A stretch of DNA of 56,199 nucleotides, counting the filler, from Catajapyx aquilonaris (taxonomy: Eukaryota), in assembly GCA_000934665.2 (NCBI GenBank). It is 2 parts of 2 records of this genome, joined end to end, with 100 filler letters (N's around TTAATTAATTAA, not from the genome) between each part and the next. Parts side by side here need not be neighbours in the genome. Positions count along the whole stretch, not along the records: positions 27,977 to 56,199 come from KZ539262.1; 1 more part is not named here. One strand, given 5' to 3'. Positions 39,441 to 51,298 of the stretch are shown here, piece after piece (position 1 is the stretch's first letter; the number at the start of each line of letters is the position of its first letter). The notes under the pieces were generated by a model. The model had not been told where the DNA came from and ran no database searches. It was given only the letters and a program-made list of their open reading frames with translations. The translations under genes and the position numbers were made by a program.

Positions 39441-40417
39441 ATCTAGTGTTTAATATGTAATATTCATTACACATCATGTGCAGAACTACAAGGTTGGCAA
39501 ATATCTCTTGCACAGTAATGCATAGGTAGACACTGATAGTCATACTTGCAAGGGTATCTGCCTCTCTCTGTCCTGCACAGCACTTAGAGTTCGAGTATGA
39601 ATTTCCAGATGCTGATTCTTCTCACTAACTTGTAAATATTCTAGTCATTTGGAAGAATTTAATGGATACTGTTATTCCTCACTACCCGGTAAAATTATGT
39701 TATAGTCACTTGGAGGAATTTAACAGTTGTTGATTCCTCTTCCAGGGGGGGCGGGGGGACACTTGATTTCGCAAAGTACCGCGTTGCATAGTGTAATATT
39801 TAAATTTAATATTTGAGTGTTTGTCGTCTGAGATGGGCAGGGGTGGGGGGCGGGACGGGTTCTTTATAGGTTTATTTTTACAAGTATTAATTTAGTTCAC
39901 ATTTTGGGTTAGCTTGCGGCTCCCGTCACACTGACTACCCCTTATAGGGAAATGTCATGATGATGATGATGATCATTGTGATGATTGTATGTATGTATAT
40001 ACAGTATACGAGGTGCTACCCAAAATTTCCGAAAATTTGGATATACCATACAAACCAGAAGAGGTACGAACTTGTGACACTAGCGGGCGCTAGGTGCACC
40101 TTTCAGCTATTTAATAGTCTGAGAAATATCATCTACATAGGTGCACATGTTTCCACGTTTCGTCAGTTTTCTTGACACTGTTCTTGTGTTTCTGCAATTT
40201 TTCGAAATGAATGATGTTAGGGAGCAAAGGATTTGTATTAAATTTTGCTTCAAGGTCAACAAAACTTCAGCTGTAATCCACCGAATGCTGAACAAGGCTT
40301 TTGATGAGCAAGCTGCAAGACAAGCAATAACATATGAATGGTTTAACTGCTTCAAAGGCGGCGCACCACGTTCGCAGCAAAATCAACTCAATGCTGATCA
40401 TTTTCTTTGACATTATA

Positions 40418-40771
40418 TAATAATAATAATAATAATTAATAATAATAATTGGGTATGGGCGTACCCCTATTGGGGTTTTGCCTGGACCTTTATTATTAAT
40501 CATCAGTACAGCTGGATCCTATTTATCACGCCCGGGCCCACGGGCAGGAAGGGATGACAGGAGGGGATGTGCAAGTGCAGTGCCTTGTCCGCATGTGGCC
40601 GTTTTGTGAGCTCCCCCGGGTGGTTTAGTCTGTAGGAAATACCACCCGAGACGAAGTCAGAGACGACACTTTACTCTGCACGAGATGAAGGGGGTGTCCC
40701 CGGGCCGGGATCGAACCCGGGACCTTAACATCCGTGGGCGCGAACGTTACCGTTGCGCCACTTCGCCTCCC
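40418..40771 (-). mobile_element. tRNA-derived SINE family B
   Basis: B box GGTTCGATCCC, (TTA)n tail, 14-bp TSD TCTTTGACATTATA. Confidence 0.88.
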
Positions 40772-41244
40772 TCTTTGACATTATAGGAATTGCGCATATG
40801 TAGTTTCTTCCACTTTGAAAAATTGTCAACAGGAAGTCTTCCTGCGATGGTTTGAGACTATTGAGGCTCAAATGGCCGGAGATGTAGAAGAACAGAGACT
40901 GGTTGCTGCACCATAACAGTGTGCCTGCACACATCTCGTGTGTAGTCAGGGACTTTGTGACAAAAAACCAACATGACCACGGTCCCCACCCTGCCTATTA
41001 GTTTTTCCTGACCCAATGTGATTTCTACCTCTTCCTTAAATGACATTTGGGTTGAAAAGGAAGCATTTTGACTCCACTAAACTACTAAAGAGATCTAAGC
41101 AAAATCGCAGCAGGTGCTGAACACCCTACAGTTGTTGGCCAGCTTTTTTTGGGTGCTTCCAAATATGGGAAATTCGCTGGGATAGTTGTATATGAGCCCA
41201 AGGTGACTACTTTGAAGGTGGCAGTGGAAATTAGGACTTATATT

Positions 41245-41702
41245 TATTTTATTTTATTTATTTATTTATTTTGGTACCCCCTTGAGACCTAGTGGTCAAT
41301 GTAAGGGAGGAGATCGCCTCCGTTTTCTATGCGAAATTACTTCCACATGTTTGTTTTTTTTCCTCTCTGGTGCGGGGGACAGGGAAGGGATAAAGAGGGA
41401 GGGACAGTGGTGCAGTGCATTGTCTTGTGGTGGGGGCCGTGTGTAGTCCCTCGGGGGGCCAAGCTTGAGACACCCCCTAGGCATGGGCCAGAAACTCCCC
41501 ACCGACACCTCACCTCCTCCAGGGTAGGGAAAGGAAGGAAGTGGCTGTGGCCTATTTTATGGTACAATCCTGGAATTTTCCTGGGGCGACCTTGGAAAAC
41601 CATAGAAATCCAATGTCAGGATCGCCGGCCTCCGGGACTCGGACCCAGGACCTCCCAATTAGCAGTCGGACACCATATCCACTCCACCACTACTGCTTCG
41701 AT
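41245..41702 (-). mobile_element. SINE family A copy with a long 3' region and (TAAA)n tail
   Basis: 16-bp TSD AATTAGGACTTATATT; head and core match 29975-30165. Confidence 0.85.
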
Positions 41703-41725
41703 AATTAGGACTTATATTAAATATT

Positions 41726-41985
41726 AGGGGAGGCGGAGTGGTGCTGCGGTAACGTATGCGCCCACGGATGTTAAGGTCCCCGGTTCGATCCCAACCCAGG
41801 GACACCCCCTTCATCTCATGCAGAGTTCAGGGTCACCTCTGGCTTCGTCTCGGGTGGTATTTCCACAGACTAAGCCACCCAGGGGAGTTCACTAAAAATG
41901 GCCACGGATAAGACATTGCACTGCACCTTGCACATCCCCTCCTGTCATCCTGCCCGTGGGCCCGGGCGTTACATATAAAGGCTCC

Positions 41986-42048
<63 letters not shown>

Positions 42049-42437
42049 TGGGTGATAGGCTTACCCCTAGGGGTTTTCCGCCAGACCCTTATTTTAACGT
42101 TGGTACAACTTTGGGAATCCTATTATTGAAGTGCCTGGGCCCACGGGCAGGATGACAGGAGGGGATGTGCAAGTGCAGTGCCTTGTCTGAAATGTGGTCG
42201 TTTTGTGAGCTCCCCCGGGTGGATTAGTCTAAGGAAATTCCACCCGAGACGAAGTCAGAGATGACTCATGAACTCTGCACGAGAAGAAGGGGGTGTCCCT
42301 GGGTTGGGATCGAACCTGGGACCTTAACATCCACAGCACCACTCCGCCTCCCCTATAAAGGCTCCAATGTACTGTACTTGACATAATAAATAAAGGTCCG
42401 TGCTGCATACCTCAGATGAGGTCAAGCACTACCCCGG

Positions 42438-42499
<62 letters not shown>
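41726..42499 (+). mobile_element. SINE family B copy interrupted by a second family B copy
   Basis: TSD TATTAAATATT, tRNA-like head, (TTA)n tail. Confidence 0.85.
41989..42353 (-). mobile_element. SINE family B copy inserted antisense in its own family
   Basis: 15-bp TSD TATAAAGGCTCCAAT. Confidence 0.88.
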
Positions 42500-42505
<6 letters not shown>

Positions 42506-42600
42506 ATATTGGTGTTTTTATGAGGAAATTCGGAAATTTTGGGTAGCACCTCGTATGCATGCATGTTTTAAGAGATGGTTGCAAGGCTTGTACGGATACA

Positions 42601-42848
42601 TGTCGCATGATACAGCAGAAAGGCCTAAGTGCCATTTTGGGAGGGGTTGAGGAGAAGTTTCTTTTTTAATTGACTGGAATTGAGAACTCCCTGATAATGA
42701 GATAATGAGTTGCATTTTTGACGAAACTATTGTCAAACGGGTCTAGAATAATAAGGTGCTGGCACGGAGACATATTAAGGACCCATTTCCTTCGACGAAC
42801 TTGATTTTTCCAAATGGCACTTAGGTCTTTCTGCCGTATCATGCGACA
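42601..42848. mobile_element. Unclassified MITE
   Basis: About 37-bp TIR TGTCGCATGATAC.GCAGAAAG.CCTAAGTGCCATTT; TSD is CA or ACAT depending on the boundary chosen. Confidence 0.8.
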
Positions 42849-43048
42849 CATCTTCAGCATTTTCCGTACGATGCGGTGCATCGAACTCAGTGGGATATCC
42901 ATCTCCAGGGATCCCCGACACAGGGACTTCTGCAGACTCTTCAACATGGCTTCCCTCACCTGTTCAACACGATAAGTTGCAGGTGGACACCCAGAGCTCT
43001 TGCCATGGACGATGCAGCCTGTCGCTTCGAAACTCCGGAACCACTTAA

Positions 43049-43931
43049 CCCAGATATGCCTGGAAAAGTTTTTGTTGAATTTTTGAACCTTTTTTGTTAC
43101 TATTAGTTCACATTAGTTCCCAAAACACAAAAATCGAGATAAAACATATTTCTGAATATTCTTGTTTGCGAGAAAATGGCCGTTTCCTATAATTATGGGA
43201 TGCTAGGAAAATGTAACCTAGTATGGCTATAACAGTTGTTGATTACATTACCATGGCAACAATGACATTCAGCGATATACATAGTTTCATAATATCATCA
43301 ATGATTGATTGTTGTCGACTGCATTACCACAGAAACAGGCCGTGCAAAGAAGAGGTTGTAATTGAGTAACAATCAACAACAATCAAGGATTGTTGCAACA
43401 GTTGCCATGTTAACCAATTGCCATGTAATCTCGTTTTAATTGTATGGATTCATTAAAATACAGTTCAACAAAGCGTACAAAATCCATACACATAGCCTAC
43501 TTTACTTGTCCAAATGTGGGTGCATCTGCCTCTTGTGTTCCCCCGAGGGGACACCAGATTTCAACACTACTCTCAGACAAGGAAAGTAAAAAATATTCCT
43601 AAATTTCCACATCGACATCATCACTCATAAGTTTTCTAAGTATTACAAACAATAAGTAACTCATAATGCTAATCAACATTCGGGAATTAATTACTAATCG
43701 TCTTCGGAATGTGGAGGGGCAGCCATTATTTCTTGCGTTAAAATTCAGACACCTGTATCTTAAAAATCTGAAGCAATATTGAGCAAGTTTGAACTTGCAA
43801 CGTTAGCTGGGACTCTACTGAAGCACACTTGACAACTGCTAGCTCTTTAGCAGCAGAAGAACCTGCGCAAAAAAATTAAAATGTAACAACTGTGCAGGTG
43901 TCCCCTATAGGGGACACTCGGCATATCTGGG
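43049..43931. mobile_element. piggyBac-type non-autonomous element
   Basis: TTAA|CCCAGATATGCC...GGCATATCTGGG|TTAA; removing it restores the host transposase frame. Confidence 0.88.
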
Positions 43932-44294
43932 TTAAGGATGGACTTGTTGGAGGGTGGGTCTTTGCCACAGAGTCGCTGGAACTTTCTTCGCACTCTAGTC
44001 ACACTTTTCAGTTCAGCGAACAAGACTACACACTTTGCTTTTACTGAAGATGTATATGTACAAGCTATACACCTGGCGAGCGGAACGGTTTAAGGTGCGT
44101 CTTCCACGTCAGGGTGGACATGTGGAGGTGTGCCTTTTTTTACAAAAACTTGATCATACTCGTATGTGCCACCTTCCCGGCAAATTTGAACAAAATATAT
44201 GGAATACTTCTGGAACTGCATTAGTTCTTTACTGGGAACACTTTTTTGTAACACCCTGTACAATGATAATTTTCACTTTTCTAATTGATACTTA

Positions 44295-45217
44295 CAGTGG
44301 TTGGACAGAATAATAGGACCCCCTGCAAAAAGGTGTTGAAATTTCGCGTCTGTTTTATTCGAAGGCTGGAAAGGTTACAAAGGTGACTTTTACCTAGTTT
44401 TGAAACTCTGTCGAGGTATGCAGATGGCGTAAAAATCACAAGAGGGGGAGAGAAACAAAAGACGAATGATACCCCNNNNNNNNNNNNNNNNCCCCCCAAG
44501 ACTGCATTTTTGACCAATGTGTCCCACGCTTTTCATTTGAAAATGAAAACAGTTACATATATGAACTTATTGGCTTTTGAACCCCTAAAGATTTCACTTT
44601 GTGTGGTATAGAGATGGACCAAAATTATCGACGGGGTAGGGTAAAAAATAGAAATGACACCCCCCTTCTTCAACACTGCTTGAATGCAAACAATGGAAAA
44701 TTTTCGTCCCACTGCTAGTTAATGCTAGCTTAGCAGTAGCACTGCCAAATATGGTACTGCCAAGTTAGTAGTAACTAGGAGTGGGACGAAAATTCGACCC
44801 AAGCTAATATACATTATTTGGTCTAACCTCTTCAGATTTAGTGCCGGGGAAATGGGGTGAGGTTTCTATTTTTCCCCCTCCCCCCGCCTCCTGTCAGTAA
44901 TTTTGGTCCCTCTCTATACCACACAACTGACATCGATAGAGCTTCAAAACCCAGTGAAGTTCATATCAGTAACTGTTTTCGCTTTCAAATGAAAAGGGTG
45001 GGACACTTGGGTCAAAAATGGGGCCTGGGGAGGGGGGGGGTATCGTTTGTCTTTTGTTTCTCTCCACTTCTCGTGATTTTTGCGTCATCTGCATGCATCG
45101 ACGGAGATTCAAAACTAGGTAAAAGTCATCTTTGTACCTTTTCCAGTTTTCAAATAAAACAGACGCGAAGTTTCAACCGCTTTTTGCAGGGGTCCCTATT
45201 ATTCTGTCCAACCTCTG
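44295..45217. mobile_element. Tc1-like long-TIR non-autonomous element
   Basis: TA|CAG(T/A)GGTTGGACAGAATAATAGG; inverted arms of about 350 bp. Confidence 0.85.
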
Positions 45218-45339
45218 TATGTCCCTTGCACATCAAAATAAGCGTTTGTCCCCAAAGCAAAACGTGAACTATATTTTCACTGCATGATTAGGTATCATCC
45301 TTTGATTGGCTGATGTCAAATATTGATGTGAAAAACATG

Positions 45340-46372
45340 GGGCCGAATTTTCGTCTTTTTATTAGCCACAATTAGTCACTGTTTAGAGGTTCTGACTATT
45401 ATCTTAGGACGGACGGAAATTTCATGCTTCTGATTAGGCACTACTAAACATGGAACTGAGTAGTTAATAGAAGTGAGGTTAGAGACACCTCAGGGTGTCT
45501 TAACTCACCCCAACACATGAGAAATGGCCGACGCGGTGACGACTGTTCGACTTGTCGGTCGCGTTCGGCGCCTTCGAAGTGTTTTATGGGTGACGACAAG
45601 GCGCTATGTGCCCCTCCTGGATCCTTTCATGAGATACAGGGTGATACAGCATCCAACCACTTTTGTATGCCTGTCTGCATATACAGGGTGTTCCACGTTT
45701 GTGGGTAGTTTCATTTATAACTGATATTGGCCGAAGTAGTAATTTTTTGCAGCTTGCTGCGCCTCTCATTCCAGATGGTCCCTCATCGGAGAGCGAAAAT
45801 AACAGTTGCTTGTTGCTAAAACTACCTGTAATGATCACCTCTCCCCAGAAGTTTGTCATACCTGGAAGTAAATTTGGGGCAACAAGCTACAAAAAATAAC
45901 TACTTCAGGCGATATTAGTTATAAATAAAACGACCCACCGACTTGGAACACCCTGTATTGGTGAAGTCAGCAATCGATCTTTTACATCCTGCACCCTGGG
46001 ATCACACATCTTCCGCCTCTACCGACTTGTATGACTAAAATCCCACAGCACGAGGAATAACCCAGATCACAACCCAGATATACTGCCCCACGGCCCTGCT
46101 CCATACTCATTACGCATTGTTCATCGTCGATTCATCGCCTTCTCCTTCACTTGTTTACACCGGGAGGCATGTTGTGCGCAGGTGCCAACTGTCAATGGTC
46201 ACTATTAAGCACTTAATCGCACTGATTAGGCTCTGCAGCACTGGTTTGTAAAATGCGGCTCATAAAACGACAAAAATTCCATCTTAAACGGTACTGCTAA
46301 TAGCGCCTACAGTTACTGACTAATCAGTTCTGAACAGGCATCACTACTAGCGAAAAGACGAAAATTCGACCC
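45340..46372. mobile_element. Harbinger-like element
   Basis: TIR GGG(C/T)CGAATTTTCGTCTTTT; a related mini-copy lies at ~44695-44800. Confidence 0.6.
45684..45955. mobile_element. CAGGGTG-type Tc/mariner MITE (nested)
   Basis: TA|CAGGGTGTTCCA...TGGAACACCCTG|TA, arms of about 75 bp. Confidence 0.85.
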
Positions 46373-47198
46373 ATTGTCTTGTAGAATGCCTTTTATATGG
46401 CCACTGCTGCTCTCATCCCAAGTTATTCTCCTGAAAACTTATTTTGAACAAAAATCTTCCACCAAATACAGAGTCTGAATGTCATTGTCTAGAAATGAAT
46501 TTATTTGTACAGAAAAATTAATCACTGCTGTATAGTACCAGTCAATCAACATAACTACAAAAAGTGGCAGCATATCTGGAGTCACAGCTTCAACTATTGC
46601 CTGTTAGCATTTTGTTATACTGTACATGAGAAAATACATCATATTATGCATAGTGGGCCTGGAAGTTTGGCAGCATTAAAACAAACCCTGTTTGAGAAAA
46701 AAATAACTGGGTAATGTCTCATTATACTGGGCTCTGATTACAGTTTCTGTGCACAAGCAATGAGCAAACTTGAATCTCTGATGCTTCATATGAAATGAAT
46801 GACCTAGCACAAAATATATTAAACGCAAGGGTAAGTCAAATGAAAGGGGAGCAGTGAACCATAAGTGGACATAGTTACAAATAACTTCAGGTGCAAAAAG
46901 GCTCAACATGATTAGGTCTCATTTATACTTTGGCCAAATGTTAGCAAGACAGGTAATTTGTAGGGCACCTGTTTTACTTGTTTTTGGCATGTGTTCCTGT
47001 GCCTCATACAGGTAGGCCCTGTGTTACGACACTCCATTTTGAGATGTTGCACATTAAGAACCTTTTAAAAATGAACAATTTGAAAATAACATTAAAAACT
47101 GAAACATTAACACATCTCTAGGACACCTCCAAGTCCAAATGCACTATAGGCAGCATATTTTGTTTTTTCGTGATGCATTGTGGCAGGGTCGAGATATA

Positions 47199-47854
47199 CA
47201 GGGTGTTTCCGAGCTACCTTTACAAACTTCTATGGGTAATAGAGGGGACCAAGATGAACATATTTCACATAGGAACCAGTGTCCGGAAACGCCATCTAGA
47301 GGGGGTTCATAGACGAGGAACAGGTGTGCTCAGACGCGTCAGGAGGGCGGCATTAGCGAGCGGACCATTTAGTTGCTAGGTGGCGCGCGGATTGTACACA
47401 ACTCAGCAATTCGCCATAACTTGGCAACAACAGAGTTGTTGTTTATTATCTGCGTGCTACTTAGCATGCTGACTTTAGTTTCTAGGTGGCTCTGTTGCCA
47501 TTGCGAAGTTGTGTATCATCAGTTCAAAAAGAATTGTCCCAGTCATCCTGATGTGTGTGCTGCCCGCTCGACACACACCATGTAACTTACATGGTGTGTG
47601 TCGAGCGGCCAGCCCACACGTCAGGATGACTGGGACAGTTCTTTTTGCACTGTTGATACAATCCGCGCGCCACCTAGCAACTAAACGGTCCGCTCGCTAA
47701 TGCCGCCGGCCTGATGCGTCTGAGCACACTCGTTCCTCGTCTATGAACCCCCTCTAGATGGCATTTCGGGACACAGGTTCCTATGTGACATATGTTTGTC
47801 TTGGTCCTCTCTATTACCCTTAGAAGTTTGTAAAGTTAGCTCGGAAACACCCTG
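47199..47854. mobile_element. Fully palindromic (foldback) CAGGGTG-type MITE with a 117-bp insert at 47397-47513
   Basis: TA TSD; arms mirror around CCATGTAACTTACATGG. The insert has CACAACT..GCAAT TIRs and a TA TSD. Confidence 0.9.
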
Positions 47855-48082
47855 TATACAGGTATGCCTTGTTTTATTATTTTACATTTTATGTCCCTGT
47901 TTTGCCGGTACCTGGCGTAAAATGGAGCCTACTTGTAGGAGAGATGTAGGCAAATGGCCCAGGATACCTGCGCCCTCATTTTATCACAACTTTTGGCTGG
48001 TCCACTTTCATATGACTCATTCTTGTAGCTCTAGCAAAATGCAGGGAAATTCAGGATGTGGCAGAATTCGGGGGGGGGGNNG

Positions 48083-48325
48083 TAGAAGGAGGGAGAGACC
48101 GCTATACTGGGAAAATCTGCATTATACCCCTGAAAGCAGAACCAGTGCGCACAGGTGGAAGCATGTACGAGACCAAGTTGATCGTGCAAACTTCCCACCT
48201 GCACCCACTCACCTGGCCCCTTGGCACTGCTTGCAGTGGTTCCAAAAAAATGGTGGTATTCCACTCCCCTAAGAGGGCCCAGGGCCCTAGCACGGGGTAC
48301 AATAAAAATATAATAAAATAAATAA
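48083..48325 (+). mobile_element. LINE-like 3' fragment with stem-loop and A-rich tail
   Basis: ORF end (..LAPW..IPLP*) followed by CCCCTAAGAGGGCC...GGGGTAC and an AATAA tail; the 5' side abuts a gap. Confidence 0.5.
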
Positions 48326-48562
48326 TCCCAAATCTCCCAGTTCACAGGTTATAATGTTTCTTCAAAGACACTTCATTGTATGACTAGATGTATACTTTCA
48401 GATGACATATGTTCAATTCAAGTATAATGGATAAAAACAACAAGAACAAAGGGGAACAAGTTCTGGTCCACACATGGGAATCAGTAAATTTAATAAGTAG
48501 GAATGCTCAGTATTCATGAGAAATGGCAAGGAGAATGGCAGGCTTGAATTTAACACTTAGTA

Positions 48563-48907
48563 CTAGCTGGTGCCATCACCTTGTGATTTGCTGGAATCTA
48601 CTGATGGGGCAGGGACTGAGGGCAACACAGGAGGCGTCGGTGGCAATTCCACCACCACCCCACCTTCAGTCCATGAGGGAGTGATTGGATTGAGGGCAGC
48701 CACAGTCAAAGTGACCCCAGTTGCACTCCTCTCACTTTCAGTTAGGCATGTGAAACTATTGGTTCCGCTCCCTCCACCCTTCAACAACACCGTCTTGGAA
48801 CCACGGTTCCAGAGCTGGTGCCGCTCTACATCTTGGCTCACCACCAGGAACATCTCCTTGTCTTTGCACTGGAGCTGCTCTCGCAGGTATGAAATCACTT
48901 CTGCTTC
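48563..48907 (-). CDS. JOSD1: Josephin terminal coding exon (EAEVISYL...QGDGTS*)
   Basis: Within ORF 48563..48937; [15 protein letters not shown] matches the JOSD C-terminus. Confidence 0.85.
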   Translation of the reverse strand, partial: EAEVISYLREQLQCKDKEMFLVVSQDVERHQLWNRGSKTVLLKGGGSGTNSFTCLTESERSATGVTLTVAALNPITPSWTEGGVVVELPPTPPVLPSVPAPSVDSSKSQGDGTS

Positions 48908-50890
48908 CTTCAAAGAATGGGAAAATGACAGCAACAACTTGTTTTAACTGGACGCTTTTACCTACTTACCCGACCGATCAGTTCAGGGCTTTCTAGCTTG
49001 GAATCCAGGTTATAATATAAGCCTTCCACTTCACAAATGGTGACCCAGTGACGCCGCCTTAATGGAAGCTGCACAAAGCCCAACTTGTAATCACTTGGTA
49101 CATTCAGGATGAAGCCACGTATTTGTCCAAGGTCAATGCATCCAGGATCCCTGTAATGTGCAAGTAATGCTGGTAACTTTGCGCTACAGTGTTATTGGCA
49201 TTTACTTATTTCACAACAAGTGAGTAGCACAGTAGGGCCAGTAGGGCCATACCATAAGCAAGGGCCCACTCATGTCAGTTGTTTAGTTGAAGTTAATGCT
49301 TGATCCTTTAAGCAGTCCCCTACATGACAGAAGGGAGCCTTTTTGCAATGGATCATGTGATCTAAGGCCCTGGCCACACTAGGCGGAATCTCCGCGACGA
49401 AATTTCCTGTGCGGTCGCTCAAAAATCTCCAACAGTAAACGGGCTTCTGTTGGGATAAGACACACACGCCGGTTTTTCCGTCGTTCCGTCGAACACCAGC
49501 GGAAGACACAGTGGAAAAAAGCCGCTCAGTTTTCCACCGGGGACAATAATCCCACTGCAATACATTGATTCCGGCAGGGGAAGGCCACACTACCGATGGA
49601 AAAACCGGGTTCACTGGCCCTGCACCAGGGGGATTGGTAGCTGAAAGGGCCGCAAGCCGGCAGCACAGTCGACGGAAATTCCGCGTGACAAAATGTGACA
49701 GAATCAAACCGTGCCGGAAATTCCGTTGCGGAGATTCCGCCTAGTGTGGCCAGACCCTAAGAGGGCCAAATTGACCGTTTTAGGCAATGCTGTTTCAAAT
49801 TTTACTGAAGTACTGCATGATATACAGCACTTGATGGAATGACCTGATGTATGCTGCACTGGCTTAAAATGAGAGAGAAAAACCAGATGGGAATATTTGA
49901 TATGCAGTAATAAATCGATCTACTTTTGGTTACAGGTACTGTCATTTATTGACGTGCAATGACACACTTGAAACATCACTTGCTTATTATTATGAATGGA
50001 ATTGCCTATACATCTGTATCAAAAATTTGTAATCAAAAATTTAGTGTCAATTACTTGACAAAGTGCAGAGAGATTGACACTTTGTTTTTTCTCGAACAAA
50101 GTAAAAGTGCACATTATCTCATAATTTTTGACTACAGATGCAGTGTGGCCCTTTAAAATCTAGGTTAGTAATTTTTATGAAAGTCCTCAGAAAATTAAAT
50201 TACTGAATATCTGCCTGACTACTACATGGTCTCTGATCCAATCAGTCATGGAATTCCTGCAGTACTCTGCAGTTGCAATGATTGGGTCCTTGAATATACC
50301 TATGGCCATTGGGGATTCCCCAGAAAAGCAGGCACAACCAAGTGACAAGCTCATTTCACAGATTTCAATCTTGTTTTATACGGTATACTGCTATTCACAA
50401 AATAATACAGTAGGAGTAATGTCCACTTTCGACTGGATCAAAGCTGCAGGCAAACTGACAAATTATGTAACTCATGGTGTAAATTCATTAATGATAACTC
50501 ACTTGCGTTTGTCAAACCAAATTGCTTCGCAGTGTTTCGTCTGAAGAGCAGCCATTATGACATTTATGTCATAGTTGCCGAGTCCCAGAAGGGACTTATG
50601 AGGATTGATCCAATTATCTGGTGATAAGTTGTAACAGATGTTATCCAGCTGTTCTTTGGTGAAGGCATTGGGGTCTTGGAACAGATTGTTCAGAGCATGT
50701 AATGCACACAGTTCCTTAATCTGAAACAAAATGAATGGTTGTTAGATCTAGTATCAATAAAGTAAAAACTAATATCAATTACCTGCTTTTCATGGTAGAT
50801 GTTACCATTCATTACGGAGCCAATTTTATTGCTGTACTTTCCAAAGCACACATCAAAGCTGAGATTTTTGAAGCAATTGACACTCTGCAT
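48563..50890 (-). CDS. JOSD1: Josephin-domain (MJD family) deubiquitinase, JOSD1/JOSD2-like; complement(join(48563..48907,48970..49150,50503..50720,50783..50890))
   Basis: Spliced product reads [21 protein letters not shown]...[13 protein letters not shown]...WFDKRK|DP...GFILNVPS...RRRHWVTI...YYNLDSKL. Catalytic Cys, His and Asp are present. Introns are GT-AG and phase-consistent. Start is either the ATG at 50890 or the one at 50812. Invertebrate genes are likely co-orthologs of JOSD1 and JOSD2. Confidence 0.93.
48970..49150 (-). CDS. JOSD1: Josephin exon with catalytic His and Asp (RHW...NLDS)
   Basis: Translated by hand; tacag acceptor, CGG|gtaagt donor. Confidence 0.93.
49366..49757. mobile_element. 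PIF/Harbinger MITE in a Josephin intron
   Basis: TIR GG(CC/GT)CTGGCCACACTAGGCGGAATCTCCGC, TSD TAA. Confidence 0.88.
50503..50720 (-). CDS. JOSD1: Josephin exon with catalytic Cys ([11 protein letters not shown])
   Basis: Within ORF 50499..50729; tttcag acceptor, AA|gtgagt donor. Confidence 0.95.
50783..50890 (-). CDS. JOSD1: Josephin first coding exon (...[10 protein letters not shown])
   Basis: cttacag acceptor, CAG|gtaatt donor, IYHEKQ motif. Confidence 0.85.
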
Positions 50891-51298
50891 CTGTAAGGGA
50901 ACAATGATGGGGTAGCTTACTTGTTCATATCACCCAGATCCATATTAGGTCATATCCTATAGGCATAGTGGAGGATTACCATTTGGAGAAGTGAGGTTCT
51001 GTATCTAGTTCCTCTTAGTAAAAATTTTTCCTTAGAAAGGAAAACTGGTAACGAAGTCCTTAATTATCAACAGTAATGTTTTCTTGTCTACAGGCTAATA
51101 CCATACATCAACATCCTTATTCCATGAGTTTTTAAAACAAAGGTATTGTAGGCCTACTGTAAAAATACAAATACTAACATGATGCTAGACCACTTGGTAA
51201 TTCTAGCTGCTACAGCTATATAACTACTTGGAAAGTGTGATTCTCAGCAATATAGTACATGAAATTACCTACGCAACGGATTCTTCCATGCATCTTAA

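Larger units (their letters stand above)
40009..42553 (+). mobile_element. Internally deleted mariner element (transposase pseudogene ~40208-41234) with four SINE insertions
   Basis: TIR CGAGGTGCTACCCAAAATTTCCGAA, TA TSD. Peptides EQRICIKFCFK, YEWFNCFKGG, MLIIFFD, WLLHHN, PHPAY, CDFYLF, RWDSCI..QGDYFEG, with stops. Confidence 0.92.
42556..44258 (-). mobile_element. Tc1/mariner-superfamily relic (DUF4817-type HTH N-terminus), interrupted twice
   Basis: TA|CAGGGTGTTAC end at 44258. After removing the inserts it reads KAKCVVLFAELKSVTRVRRKF...PPSNKSILKWFRSFEATG...LKMYPYK. Confidence 0.85.

Noticed and set aside
48570..48947. 125-aa plus-strand ORF
   Set aside because: Antisense shadow of the last Josephin exon.
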